Source of the DNA: an uncultured Candidatus Saccharibacteria bacterium
Lineage (GTDB): Bacteria; Patescibacteriota; Minisyncoccia; Phycocordibacterales; JACOZG01
Reading direction: 5' to 3'
Assembly: GCA_965230925.1 (NCBI GenBank)
Contig: OZ246403.1
Span: 458,455-522,454, forward strand
Length of the DNA stretch: 64,000 bases
The notes below the pieces were generated by a model that was not told the DNA's origin, did no database searches, and saw only the letters and a program-made list of their open reading frames with translations. The position numbers were made by a program, and so were the translations under genes. This document shows, piece after piece, positions 1-8,900 of this stretch. Every line of letters begins with the position of its first letter. Position 1 is the first letter of the stretch.

Positions 1-1071
1 TGTTTGCAGAACACGAGTGTCCACATTGCGGAATAATTGATCCGTAAAGCGCTGGTCAGCATTACCAAGGCTAGAGTTTTGCCAACCTAGCAGTTCCCCC
101 AAATCCCGGGGTAGTCTTCGCTCCCAAGCAAGCATAGCGGCAAAGCTTCGTTCATATTCTTTTGACTTTAAAATTAAAAAAGCGCTTGAGCTTGAGGCGT
201 TATTTCCTGTAATACCAAGCATAAATTCTGGCGCGAGAGAAGAAAGTACCTCTTGCGGGAGATCGAGCTCGAGTTTCTCTTGCCAATTGCTAAAGCTTGG
301 ACGATTGCCGCCATTCGTAAAATAGAGGTCAATAATTTGGCTAGAACCTGGAAGAGCAAGATGGTTAGCGATCAGTTTTTTAATTTCCCGTCCAGAAAGC
401 GCGCTGATGTCTATTTTTTCATGTTTTTCGGCAAAAATAAGTGATTCAATAAGCGGAACAGGAGTAAAAGGGGTAGGCGTCGTTCCTCCTAAGCCTCCCG
501 TTTGATAGATAGTGTAGAAATAAGCCCCTGCACCGCCAAGGAGAAGCAACAAGATCAGAACTAAAACAAAAGTTGTTTTGCGGTGATGAGATCGCTTTTC
601 GTTTTGCTCCAATCTTTTTTTCTCTTCGGTTTGGAGAGCGATTCGAGAAAGAGATATTTTTTCATCTTGCACCGCTGAGTTTAGATCACTTCGGAGAGTG
701 CGAACCGGATTAAGATTAACTACCCCGGTTTTGAGAGTTTCAACGGTTTGTTGGGCGGCGCTAATTTTTTCTTCCCTCGCCTTAGCCGCCCCGAGAGCCG
801 CGGCCTCTTTTTCTTTTGCTGCTCTAGTTTCCGCCTCTTGCTCGGCTTTAGTTTTTTCTCGGGCCGCGAGGGCTTCCTCGCGAGCACGTTGCTCAGCTTT
901 TTCAGCAGCTTCTCGTGCTAGTCGACGAGCAGGATCTTCCATGGCTCGACGCGCTTCCGCTTGGCGGGTTCCGAGTCGTGCCGACTCTTCATCGCGACGT
1001 TTTTGACGCTCATCACCTTCAAGGGCGGCTCGGGCTTCCAGAATTCGGCTTTGTAAATCTGGATTTGCCAT
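1..1071 (-). CDS. Hypothetical membrane protein with N-terminal charged coiled coil; runs off the window edge (partial)
   Basis: Not in the ORF track. Manual translation from ATG at 1071 (TAATG overlap with the upstream stop) is open to position 1: MANPDLQSRILEARAALEG, an A/E/K/R-rich helix, a TM segment FVLVLILLLLLGGAGAYFY, then a globular domain (..SFAAMLAWERRLP..FRNVDTRVLQ). Confidence 0.8.
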   Translation of the reverse strand, partial: MANPDLQSRILEARAALEGDERQKRRDEESARLGTRQAEARRAMEDPARRLAREAAEKAEQRAREEALAAREKTKAEQEAETRAAKEKEAAALGAAKAREEKISAAQQTVETLKTGVVNLNPVRTLRSDLNSAVQDEKISLSRIALQTEEKKRLEQNEKRSHHRKTTFVLVLILLLLLGGAGAYFYTIYQTGGLGGTTPTPFTPVPLIESLIFAEKHEKIDISALSGREIKKLIANHLALPGSSQIIDLYFTNGGNRPSFSNWQEKLELDLPQEVLSSLAPEFMLGITGNNASSSSAFLILKSKEYERSFAAMLAWERRLPRDLGELLGWQNSSLGNADQRFTDQLFRNVDTRVLQT

Positions 1072-1652
1072 TAACTCAAGGAGATAATTCTTTCTAATTC
1101 CGCTAGACGGGTTTTCAAAGTATCTTCTTCGGCCAGGAGTAGGCGATATTTTTGAGTCTCACTCTCAATAGTTTTAATAGCTGATGTGAGATCAGCTTCT
1201 AGTGTCCACTTTTGTTCTTCGAGAGTATGGCGCCGACCTTGGGCTTGCCACCGTTTTTCTTCAGCAGCCTTTTTTAGTTCTGGTTGGCTAGCACGGGCTT
1301 CTTCCATCTCGAGCTTCGCCTCTTCCTCTTCAAGTTTTTTCTCTTCTTCTAAAAGTGGCTTGAGTTTAAGGCTCGTTGTCTGCCGTTTATCGTCCAAGGT
1401 GATCCAATTGAGTTCAAGCTTTTCTTTTTGACTAGTGATTTGGGAAAGTTTTTTCTCTAATTCTGCCTGCTCAACTTTGGCGGTTTTTGCTTTTTCTTCT
1501 TGTTCCCATTTTGCCACCCGTTCAGGGCCAGCCATGGCAGCCTGAGCCGCAGCCACTTTTTCTTTAATTGCCGCCGCACCAGTTACTGGGGGCGGATTAA
1601 ATTCTATTCCGGCGACGATAGAATCTTTTTCTGGTTGAGTTTTTTCATCCAT
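1071..1652 (-). CDS. Hypothetical coiled-coil protein
   Basis: 193 aa, E/K/L-rich heptads; TGcTATACT -10 box 6 nt upstream of ATG. Confidence 0.75.
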   Translation of the reverse strand: MDEKTQPEKDSIVAGIEFNPPPVTGAAAIKEKVAAAQAAMAGPERVAKWEQEEKAKTAKVEQAELEKKLSQITSQKEKLELNWITLDDKRQTTSLKLKPLLEEEKKLEEEEAKLEMEEARASQPELKKAAEEKRWQAQGRRHTLEEQKWTLEADLTSAIKTIESETQKYRLLLAEEDTLKTRLAELERIISLS

Positions 1653-1707
1653 TTTTTAAGTATAGCAAAACCCGCCTTGATCAACATCAAGACGGGTGGA
1701 AACATGT

Positions 1708-2268
1708 TTAAGAATTAGTTCCGTTTGTGGCTGGCGGTGGAGATTTTGTTTCTCTTCGTCTGTTTATTAAAAGATATTTTCTCGGATTGTCCCCTAGGTC
1801 GGTGAATTGATCCGCCACCTCTTTAAGTTTTCCTGAAGTGCTTTTGCCGAAAGACATTACCTCGACTTGATTGCCAGTATGATTTTTTAAATATTCCACT
1901 AGGGGCACGAAATCGCCGTCACCCGAGGCGAGAATTATAGCGTCAAGTTTGGGAGCGAGTCGCACCGCGTCCATGGCAAGACCCACATCCCAATCGGCCT
2001 TCTTGGCGCCGCCAATGAAGATTTGGAGATCTTTAGTCTTAATTTCAATACCCATTCTTTCCATTGCTTCAAAGAAGTTTTTTTCTTCCCCCGACTCGGT
2101 GGTTACCACGTAGGCCATCGCCCGGACTAGATTTCGTCCCGCTACGGCTTCTTTGAGGACAGCGGCAAAGTTTACCCGCGCCTGGTAAAGGTTTTTGGCG
2201 CAATGATATAAGTTCTGCGTATCAATAAATACGCCGACCCGTTGACTAGAGTGTTTAATAACAGACAT
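1708..2268 (-). CDS. NYN domain (LabA/DUF88, PIN-like) protein
   Basis: VFIDTQNLY, KKADWDVGLAMD and LASGDGDFVPLV motifs. Confidence 0.9.
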   Translation of the reverse strand: MSVIKHSSQRVGVFIDTQNLYHCAKNLYQARVNFAAVLKEAVAGRNLVRAMAYVVTTESGEEKNFFEAMERMGIEIKTKDLQIFIGGAKKADWDVGLAMDAVRLAPKLDAIILASGDGDFVPLVEYLKNHTGNQVEVMSFGKSTSGKLKEVADQFTDLGDNPRKYLLINRRRETKSPPPATNGTNS

Positions 2269-2498
2269 TATTTCTTCGCTTTCTGGCGATCAAGATATTT
2301 TAAATGAGAACGGCGCTTTGAAACAAGTTTCAATAAACCACGGCGAGAGTGCTCGTCTTTAGCATTTTTCTTCAAATGTTTTGTAAGGGCATCAATTTGG
2401 CGAGAGAGTAAAGCTGCCTGGACCTTTGATGAACCAGTGTCCTTCTCATGAACACTCTCCCGAGAAATAATGGCCTTCTTTTCTTTAGTTGAAAGCAT
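2268..2498 (-). CDS. rpsO: 30S ribosomal protein S15
   Basis: [15 protein letters not shown] and [17 protein letters not shown]. Confidence 0.97.
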   Translation of the reverse strand: MLSTKEKKAIISRESVHEKDTGSSKVQAALLSRQIDALTKHLKKNAKDEHSRRGLLKLVSKRRSHLKYLDRQKAKK

Positions 2499-2526
2499 GG
2501 TGGTATCATATCAAAATCAGGAATTT

Positions 2527-3384
2527 ATGGCAACTCCCCTTCTTTTACAACTCAAAGGTCAGTTTTTAGAATATCTTGAGATTGAGCGTGGTCGGAGTGC
2601 TAAAACGGTGGCCAATTACGACCATTATTTGAGGCGTTTCCTTGGTTTTTCGGGTGCCAAGTCTCCCGCCAACCTAACCAGTGAAATGGTGAGAAAGTAC
2701 CGCTTATGGCTTAACCGTGAGACTTTAAAGAAGAATACCCAAAACTATCACCTCATTGCCCTTCGGTCTTTTCTTAAATATCTTGAAAAGCGGGGCCACA
2801 AGACCCTTTCCCCTACGGAAATTGATCTTGCCAAGGTCCCAAGCCGTGATCTTGATCTCATGAGCGCCGAAGATCTCGAGCGATTACTTAAGGCACCTAA
2901 ATCTCCTCGAGATCGGGCTATTCTCGAACTCTTTTTCTCCACTGGGCTTCGAGTGTCTGAACTTTGCGCTCTAGATCGCGACAGTTTCAATCTCAAGCAA
3001 GATGAGTTCTCGGTTCGGGGTAAAGGTGAGAAGGTGCGGGTGGTATTTCTGTCTGACATGGCGAAAAAGGTACTCAAAGAATATCTCGACAAGCGCACTG
3101 ATACGGAAGAGTGCCTATTTGTCAGCGAAAAGAACACTCGTCTTACTCCTCGGAGTATTGAGCGGTTAATCCAGAAGTATGCTATTGCTGCCGGTATTAC
3201 CAAGAAAGTTACTCCTCATACCTTGCGTCACAGCTTTGCTACTGACCTTCTCCGTAACGGAGCCGATCTTCGCTCGGTCCAGATGATGCTCGGCCACGCC
3301 AACATTTCTACCACCCAGATCTATACTCACCTCACCGATCGTCAACTCAAAGAGATTCATAAGACATTTCATCGACGTAGCTAA
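2527..3384 (+). CDS. XerC/XerD-family tyrosine recombinase
   Basis: RDRAILELFFSTGLRVSEL, GKGEKVR, TPHTLRHSFAT, LGHANISTTQIYTH. Start moved to ATG 2527 to avoid overlapping rpsO. XerC and XerD cannot be told apart by eye. Confidence 0.92.
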   Translation: MATPLLLQLKGQFLEYLEIERGRSAKTVANYDHYLRRFLGFSGAKSPANLTSEMVRKYRLWLNRETLKKNTQNYHLIALRSFLKYLEKRGHKTLSPTEIDLAKVPSRDLDLMSAEDLERLLKAPKSPRDRAILELFFSTGLRVSELCALDRDSFNLKQDEFSVRGKGEKVRVVFLSDMAKKVLKEYLDKRTDTEECLFVSEKNTRLTPRSIERLIQKYAIAAGITKKVTPHTLRHSFATDLLRNGADLRSVQMMLGHANISTTQIYTHLTDRQLKEIHKTFHRRS

Positions 3385-3433
3385 GTTATCCCCAACTTTA
3401 GTATTGTCCTTTATGTTGTCCTATATTAAACTA

Positions 3434-3551
3434 TCGGACAGGTATGATTTGGTCTTAAAAAAGACAACATCGTTGTGTCTTTCTAATTTTCTCCACCAGG
3501 AAGGACCCAATCATATCTGTCGGAAAACACCCCAAAAAGGGTGTGTTTTTT
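3434..3551 (+). ncRNA. Candidate structured small RNA (family unknown)
   Basis: Imperfect ~20-bp stem (3437-3456 with 3501-3521) enclosing an inner hairpin; TATATT at 3422-3427 upstream and a terminator downstream. Confidence 0.45.
3524..3551. terminator. Probable bidirectional intrinsic terminator
   Basis: AAAACAC-CCC-aaaaa-GGG-t-GTGTTTTTT between convergent transcription units. Confidence 0.6.
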
Positions 3552-5014
3552 TATTTTACAGCGTATTTTTGACGGATTTTTTGTAATTCCTCTTCCTCCG
3601 TTTCTTCTTTTTTTTCCTTACCAGCCTCACCAAGTTTTGTGAGTTCATTGTCAGGTAGAATAGAGAGTTCTTTTGCTCGGCCTTCAAGGTGTTCGGTGGT
3701 GTTTAACTCTGGTTTCTCGAGCACTTCTTCAAGTAAAGCATGGAGAATCTGGCCAATTTTTGGCCCCGGCTTAAGTCCGGCAACTTCGATTACCCTAGCC
3801 CCATTGATTTTAAGCATCGCCACGGATGTTGGGCTCCTTAGGGCCTCCTCAATCATTGATTCGTATTTACGCAAGCGGTAGGGACTTTCTTTGGGTCTTC
3901 CCATTCCTATACGGTCACAATTTCGTACTTTCATGAGATCCCAAACATGTTCTGGCCCCACATTACGAATGATTCTCCGGACAGCAGAAAGGGTTATTTT
4001 TTCGATATCGGTAAAAAACATATGATTTCTCACTAGTTTTTCTACGATTTCTATGGTTTTAGCCGGGAACTTAAGTCGGGTAAGGATTTTTTTTACCATC
4101 TTGGCTCCCACCACATCGTGACCATAGAAGGTCCAGTCTTTCTTTTCCTCACCCCACTTTCGGGTTCTCGGCTTTCCAATATCATGGAACAGGGCCGCAA
4201 GTCTCACGTGAAACTCAAAATTTTTATCGGCCGAATGCTGAAGAACGCGTAATGTGTGTTCCCAAACATCATATTTATGATCCCCGTTTTGTTTCATACC
4301 AATTCCCTCCTCTAGTTCAGGTAAGAAGTGCTGAAGAACGCCCATTTGGTGGCTTAAAACAAGGCCCAACATCGGTTCTGGAGACGTAATGATTTTACTA
4401 AACTCATCTCTGACGCGTTCAGCAGAGATTTTTTGGAGTAAATAAGCATTGTTTTTGATTGCCTCACTAGTCTCATTGTTTATCGTGAAACCAAGTTCTG
4501 TGGCTAAGCGTATGGCGCGTAGAATACGCAAAGGGTCTTCTTGGAACCGTTTTGTGGCTTCCCCCACCGCTTTGATGGTTTTCCACTCCAAATCCTTTTG
4601 ACCCTCGTAGAGATCGGTAATTTGTCCTTTAGAAACGGAATAGGCTAAGGCGTTTAGCGTGAAATCGCGTCGAGAGAGATCTTCGTCTAAGGTTTTGGCA
4701 AAAGAGATTTGGTCTGGGTGTCGAAAGTCAGAGTACTTTCCCTCCAAACGATATGGAGTGATCTGAATCTCGCGCAAACTGCCGGTAAGACTCTCGTTTA
4801 CTAGGGTCACTGTACCAAAGTTATTCTCGTAATAAGTTTTCTCAAATAAGCCTATAATTTGGTCTGGGGCGGCATTAGTCGCGATATCCCAGTCTTTCGG
4901 TTCACGGACTAAAAGCAGGTCTCGAACACAGCCACCGACCAAAAAGGCCTCAAAACCAGCCCTTTCTAAGGTTTCTGTTACACGTGAAACTTCGCTTGGG
5001 ATATTCTTAATCAT
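3551..5014 (-). CDS. cca: CCA tRNA nucleotidyltransferase with HD domain
   Basis: LVGGCVRDLL, KDWDIAT, DLSRRDFTLNA, FQEDPLRILR, LFHDIGKP. Confidence 0.93.
   Translation of the reverse strand: MIKNIPSEVSRVTETLERAGFEAFLVGGCVRDLLLVREPKDWDIATNAAPDQIIGLFEKTYYENNFGTVTLVNESLTGSLREIQITPYRLEGKYSDFRHPDQISFAKTLDEDLSRRDFTLNALAYSVSKGQITDLYEGQKDLEWKTIKAVGEATKRFQEDPLRILRAIRLATELGFTINNETSEAIKNNAYLLQKISAERVRDEFSKIITSPEPMLGLVLSHQMGVLQHFLPELEEGIGMKQNGDHKYDVWEHTLRVLQHSADKNFEFHVRLAALFHDIGKPRTRKWGEEKKDWTFYGHDVVGAKMVKKILTRLKFPAKTIEIVEKLVRNHMFFTDIEKITLSAVRRIIRNVGPEHVWDLMKVRNCDRIGMGRPKESPYRLRKYESMIEEALRSPTSVAMLKINGARVIEVAGLKPGPKIGQILHALLEEVLEKPELNTTEHLEGRAKELSILPDNELTKLGEAGKEKKEETEEEELQKIRQKYAVK
4200..4215. promoter_or_regulatory. 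parS-like site within cca
   Basis: AGTCTCACGTGAAACT versus consensus TGTTTCACGTGAAACA (13/16). Confidence 0.5.
4976..4991. promoter_or_regulatory. parS site within the 5' end of cca
   Basis: TGTTACACGTGAAACT, one mismatch to TGTTNCACGTGAAACA. Confidence 0.7.
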
Positions 5015-5036
5015 CTATGGTATTCTAGACTATTCT

Positions 5037-5108
5037 GCTCTCGTGGTGAAATGGATATCACAACGGTCTTCGGAACCGTTATTGGGGGTTCGAATCCCTC
5101 CGAGAGCA
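5037..5108 (+). tRNA. tRNA-Arg(TCG)
   Basis: Acceptor GCTCTCG/CGAGAGC, anticodon arm ACGGT-cTTCGga-ACCGT, T loop TTCGAAT; CCA not encoded. Confidence 0.95.
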
Positions 5109-5178
5109 CAAGCGAGCTGGCGTAGCTGGTGCCAGGATTTGGCTCGTGAATAGGTTTTCTGTTAAGATCTTGCGTATT

Positions 5179-5249
5179 GCGGGCATGGTTTAGTGGTAGA
5201 ACGCGTCCTTGCCAAGGACGAGATGGGAGTCCGATTCTCCCTGCCCGCA
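5179..5249 (+). tRNA. tRNA-Gly(GCC)
   Basis: Acceptor GCGGGCA/TGCCCGC, anticodon arm CGTCC-ttGCCaa-GGACG; T loop TCCGATT; CCA not encoded. Confidence 0.93.
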
Positions 5250-5267
5250 CCTAAAAGTCATTAAATC

Positions 5268-5297
5268 TGTGGATAACATTGGGGACAAGGTGGATAA
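5268..5297 (-). promoter_or_regulatory. DnaA box cluster
   Basis: Perfect TGTGGATAA at 5268-5276, then same-orientation degenerate TGGGGACAA (5280-5288) and GGTGGATAA (5289-5297). Confidence 0.6.
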
Positions 5298-5691
5298 AAG
5301 ACTGTCCGATAAGCAGGAAATAGGTCTTTTAGGCGAAGAAACAGCCTCATTGTTTCTTAAGAAACATGGGTTCACCATTCTAGACCGAAATTACCGTAAA
5401 GTTTTTGGTGAAATAGACATTATTGGAGAAAAGGATGGAATAATTCACTTTTTTGAGGTAAAGACAGTTTCACGTAGAACATTGCCCAAAGAAGGGGAGG
5501 ATGTGTATCTTCCGGAAGAGAATGTGCATCCTTGGAAGATGAAACGTCTTTCTCGGGCGGTGCAAACTTATCTTCTAGAGAAAAGGGTGCCGGAAGATAA
5601 AGACTGGCAAATTGATACCGTGGCGGTTTATCTTGAGAAGGGGACTAATAAAGTTTTGAAAATTGAGGTTTTGGAAGATGTTTTGGTATAG
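5290..5691 (+). CDS. yraN: YraN/UPF0102 family endonuclease-fold protein
   Basis: GLLGEETA, ILDRNYR, GEIDII, FFEVK. The track start (5209) lies in tRNA-Gly; GTG 5290 or 5269 is more plausible. Confidence 0.88.
   Translation: MDKRLSDKQEIGLLGEETASLFLKKHGFTILDRNYRKVFGEIDIIGEKDGIIHFFEVKTVSRRTLPKEGEDVYLPEENVHPWKMKRLSRAVQTYLLEKRVPEDKDWQIDTVAVYLEKGTNKVLKIEVLEDVLV
5466..5481. promoter_or_regulatory. parS-like site within yraN
   Basis: AGTTTCACGTAGAACA (13/16 to consensus), encoding VSRRT. Confidence 0.5.
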
Positions 5692-5720
5692 TGTACTTTA
5701 GAGGTCGGACAAAAATTTTA

Positions 5721-5793
5721 CGGGGTATGGTGTAACGGCTAACATACTCGCTTTGGGAGCGAGCGACTCTGGGTTCGAATCCCAGTACCCCGA
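5721..5793 (+). tRNA. tRNA-Pro(TGG)
   Basis: Acceptor CGGGGTA/TACCCCG, anticodon arm CTCGC-ttTGGga-GCGAG, T loop TTCGAAT. Confidence 0.95.
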
Positions 5794-5813
5794 TACTCGA
5801 GTTTCTCGATTAG

Positions 5814-5822
5814 TTATCCACA
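5814..5822 (+). promoter_or_regulatory. DnaA box
   Basis: Perfect TTATCCACA followed by an AT-rich intergenic stretch. Confidence 0.6.
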
Positions 5823-5908
5823 ACTGTCTTTTATGTCCCTTATAATAATTTTGTAGTACAATGAACGCCACTAGGTGGGGAGAAAATTATTAGCTTAGTT
5901 TCTTTACA

Positions 5909-8900
5909 ATGATTGTTAAAAAAGTTCTCGGGATTTTTTTTGTCTTAGCTCTTAGTTTAACGGTGGTTGAGGCACAGGCAGTAAATTCTTCCCCGCATTC
6001 TCAAGGTGGTTTAATTTGGGAATTACTTTCCCGGATCAATCAAATTTCTTTGCTTAGTCAGGCTGGTTGTTCAACAAACACCCCGCCAGCTCCAAGTATT
6101 AGCGTGCCAGTAAATAATTTTTCTGGTGTAGTTGGAACCCCGGTATCTTTTAGTGGTTCCGCTACAGATTCTGGTGGATCAATTTCCATCACCAGTTACA
6201 GTTGGAATTTTGGCGACAGCACTTCTGCTGGTGGTACTAGTGCGAATCATGTTTATGCAACACCTGGTCAGAAAACAGTAACGCTTACTGCAAACGATTG
6301 GTGTGGGGCTTCTGGTTCGACTAATATTTCTATAACAATTAACTCGTCGACTCCGACCAATGCCCCTGCTTCCGTTAATGCTGGCGCGGATCAAAATATT
6401 TCTTCTCTCGGTTTTCCAACTGTAAATCTAAACGCCGCAGTGACCGACGACGGTTTGCCCAATCCTCCTGGTGCTTTAACTTATACTTGGCAGCAGGTGA
6501 GTGGTCCTGCAGGCTCTGTTTTTACTGGGGCCTCGACGCTTAACCCCTCAGTTGCTCTAATGGGTTTTGGTACTTATGTTTTTCGTTTAACGGTTTGGGA
6601 TGGGGCAGTCCAGTCTTACGATGAGGTTTCTGTGACAGCAAATCAGTCAGCCAACAATCCTCCTACTGTTAATGCTGGCACTGATCAGTCTGTTGTTTTT
6701 CCAGCCAGCGCTACGCTTAGTGGCTCGGTTAGCGATGATAACTCCGCTAATCCTTATCGAGTGTGGACGAAAACTAGTGGACCAGGAACCGTTACTTTTT
6801 CTTCACCTTCCAGTAATAGTCCGCTTGCGACCTTTTCTGGGGTTGGTGTTTATGTTTTAAGATTAACAGCAAATGATGGTTTTTTGGAATCTTTTGATGA
6901 GGTTACTGTAACGGTAAACAGTCAAACAAACACTGCCCCGACCGCGTCCGCAGGCTCAGACCGCTCGGTAACTGGTTCAACTGGACCATTTGTTTTCACG
7001 ATCAACAACACTGCCTCTGTTTACGACGATGGTTTGCCTAATCCGCCAGGATCAGTTACTCAAACTTGGACGAAAGTGAGTGGTCCAGGAACTGTAACCT
7101 TCACTCCGAGTAACACTACGCTTCGCCCCACCGTTTCTTTGTCTTTGGCTGGAACCTATGTTTTACGCTTAACCGCGAGTGACAGTGTTCTTTCTGACGA
7201 TGATGAAATGACAGTAACGGTGAATCAGCCGAACAACACCCCAACGGTTGATGCCGGCCCCAATCGAACAATTTATTCATATCAAACCAACTCCGCGTCA
7301 CTTGACGGTACGGTAAATGATGATGGCCTACCTAATCCTCCTGGTGCGCTTGCAACAACATGGACAAAAGTAAGTGGTCCAGGAACAGTAACATTTGCCA
7401 ACGCTTCAAGCGTTGATACTACCGCCACCTTTAGTCAGGCTGGAACCTATGGTTTGCGATTAACCGTTTCCGACGGTTCACTTTCTGCAAACGATACGAT
7501 GACCGTTTTCTATTGGCAGAATAATCCGCCTACGGCAAATGCTGGTCCGGATCAAAATCTTTCTTTTCCTCAAGCACCAGCAATAGTTCCTTTGAGCCCC
7601 TCCGCTTCCAATCCCGATGGTTTGCCTGTTGGTGGGCAGCTTCACTTTGATTGGATTAAAGTCAGTGGACCAGGTAATGCCACCTTTAGTAATTCTGGAG
7701 GCACTTGGCCACCGAATTCTTCACCCTCAGTTACTTTATCTCAATTTGGTAGTTATATTTTGCGCCTGCTCATATCAGACGGGTCTACAAGCTTAGGAGG
7801 TCTCTCGTCGTCTGACGACGTTGCCATCACCATTTCTTCTGGTGGCAATGTTAATACTCCTCCAACGGTAAATGCTGTGGCTGAACCAGCCATAATAACT
7901 CTGCCGACCAGCCAAGTTCTACTAAACGGTACTGTTGCCGACAATAATCTTTCTCTTGTAAGTTATTTGTGGACTAAGGTTAGTGGTCCTACCACTGGTT
8001 CCACCATTGTTTCGCCCACCCAAGTTGATACTAATGTTACCTTCACTCAAGCGGGGACGTACAAATTTAAATTAACAGTCAATGATTCTGGTGTGCCGCC
8101 GTTTAATAACATCTCTTCTCCAGAAGTTACGGTAACCGTAAACCCGGTGAATCAGTGTGCTGGCAATCTTCCTCCTCTGGTTAGCGCTGGGCCGGATCGA
8201 ACAGCCACAGCTGGTGTTTTGATTACGCTTACTGGTTCTTCTTCTGATCCTAATGGTAACAACACTATTACTAACCATGCTTGGAACTTTGGTGATGGTT
8301 CTGCCACCTTTAATGCGCCAAACGCAGTGGCGATGCACACTTTTGCCGTGGCGGGCACTTACAATGTAACTCTTACAGTGACTGATGGATGCCACTCGGT
8401 GAGTGATGAAACTCAAGTAGTCGTTGCTCCACCTCAGCCGAGCAATCAGGCTCCGCAAGCTGGATTGTTGACGGCCAATCCATCCGTTCTTGCCCTGCCC
8501 CTCAACACTCTTAACTTAAGTGTTCCGATAACTGATGATTTGTTGCCCGCACCACATTCAGTGACCACAACCTGGTCACAAGTAAGTGGTCCAGCAACGG
8601 GAACCACCTTTAATCCACCTGTTAGTCAGAGTGCTTTAGCGAGCTTTACTGCTACCACCGCGGTTACTTTGCCTAGTGTTTCAGGGGACTATGTCTTTAG
8701 GGCTTCAATCTCTGATGGTTCGGGTTTGCCTGCAGTTATTCGCGAAGTTACCGTAGCTCTCGGTCCTCCAGTTGCTGGTCCCTGTGATAATAATCAGGCG
8801 CCGACGGCAAATCTTACTGGGCCGACCACTGGTCTTGTGGGGCAAACCCTTACATTTAGCGCCGACGGATCAACTACGGGAAGCAATGGCATGAATGAAA

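Noticed and set aside
174-1431. Short ORFs 174..359, 253..444, 698..1006, 915..1097 and 1186..1431
   Set aside because: Shadows or alternate frames of the two minus-strand coiled-coil genes.
1708-2268. NYN protein as a toxin or defence nuclease
   Set aside because: Coupled to rpsO in a housekeeping context with no antitoxin or defence neighbours.
2527-3384. Tyrosine recombinase as a phage or island integrase
   Set aside because: Size and motifs fit housekeeping XerC/D, the flanks are core genes, and no att pair brackets it.
3404-3586. 60-aa ORF in the xer-cca gap
   Set aside because: Non-ATG start, crosses a terminator and the cca stop; RNA structure explains the region better.
5011-5378. 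ORFs 5011..5250 and 5190..5378
   Set aside because: Antisense to tRNA genes and yraN.
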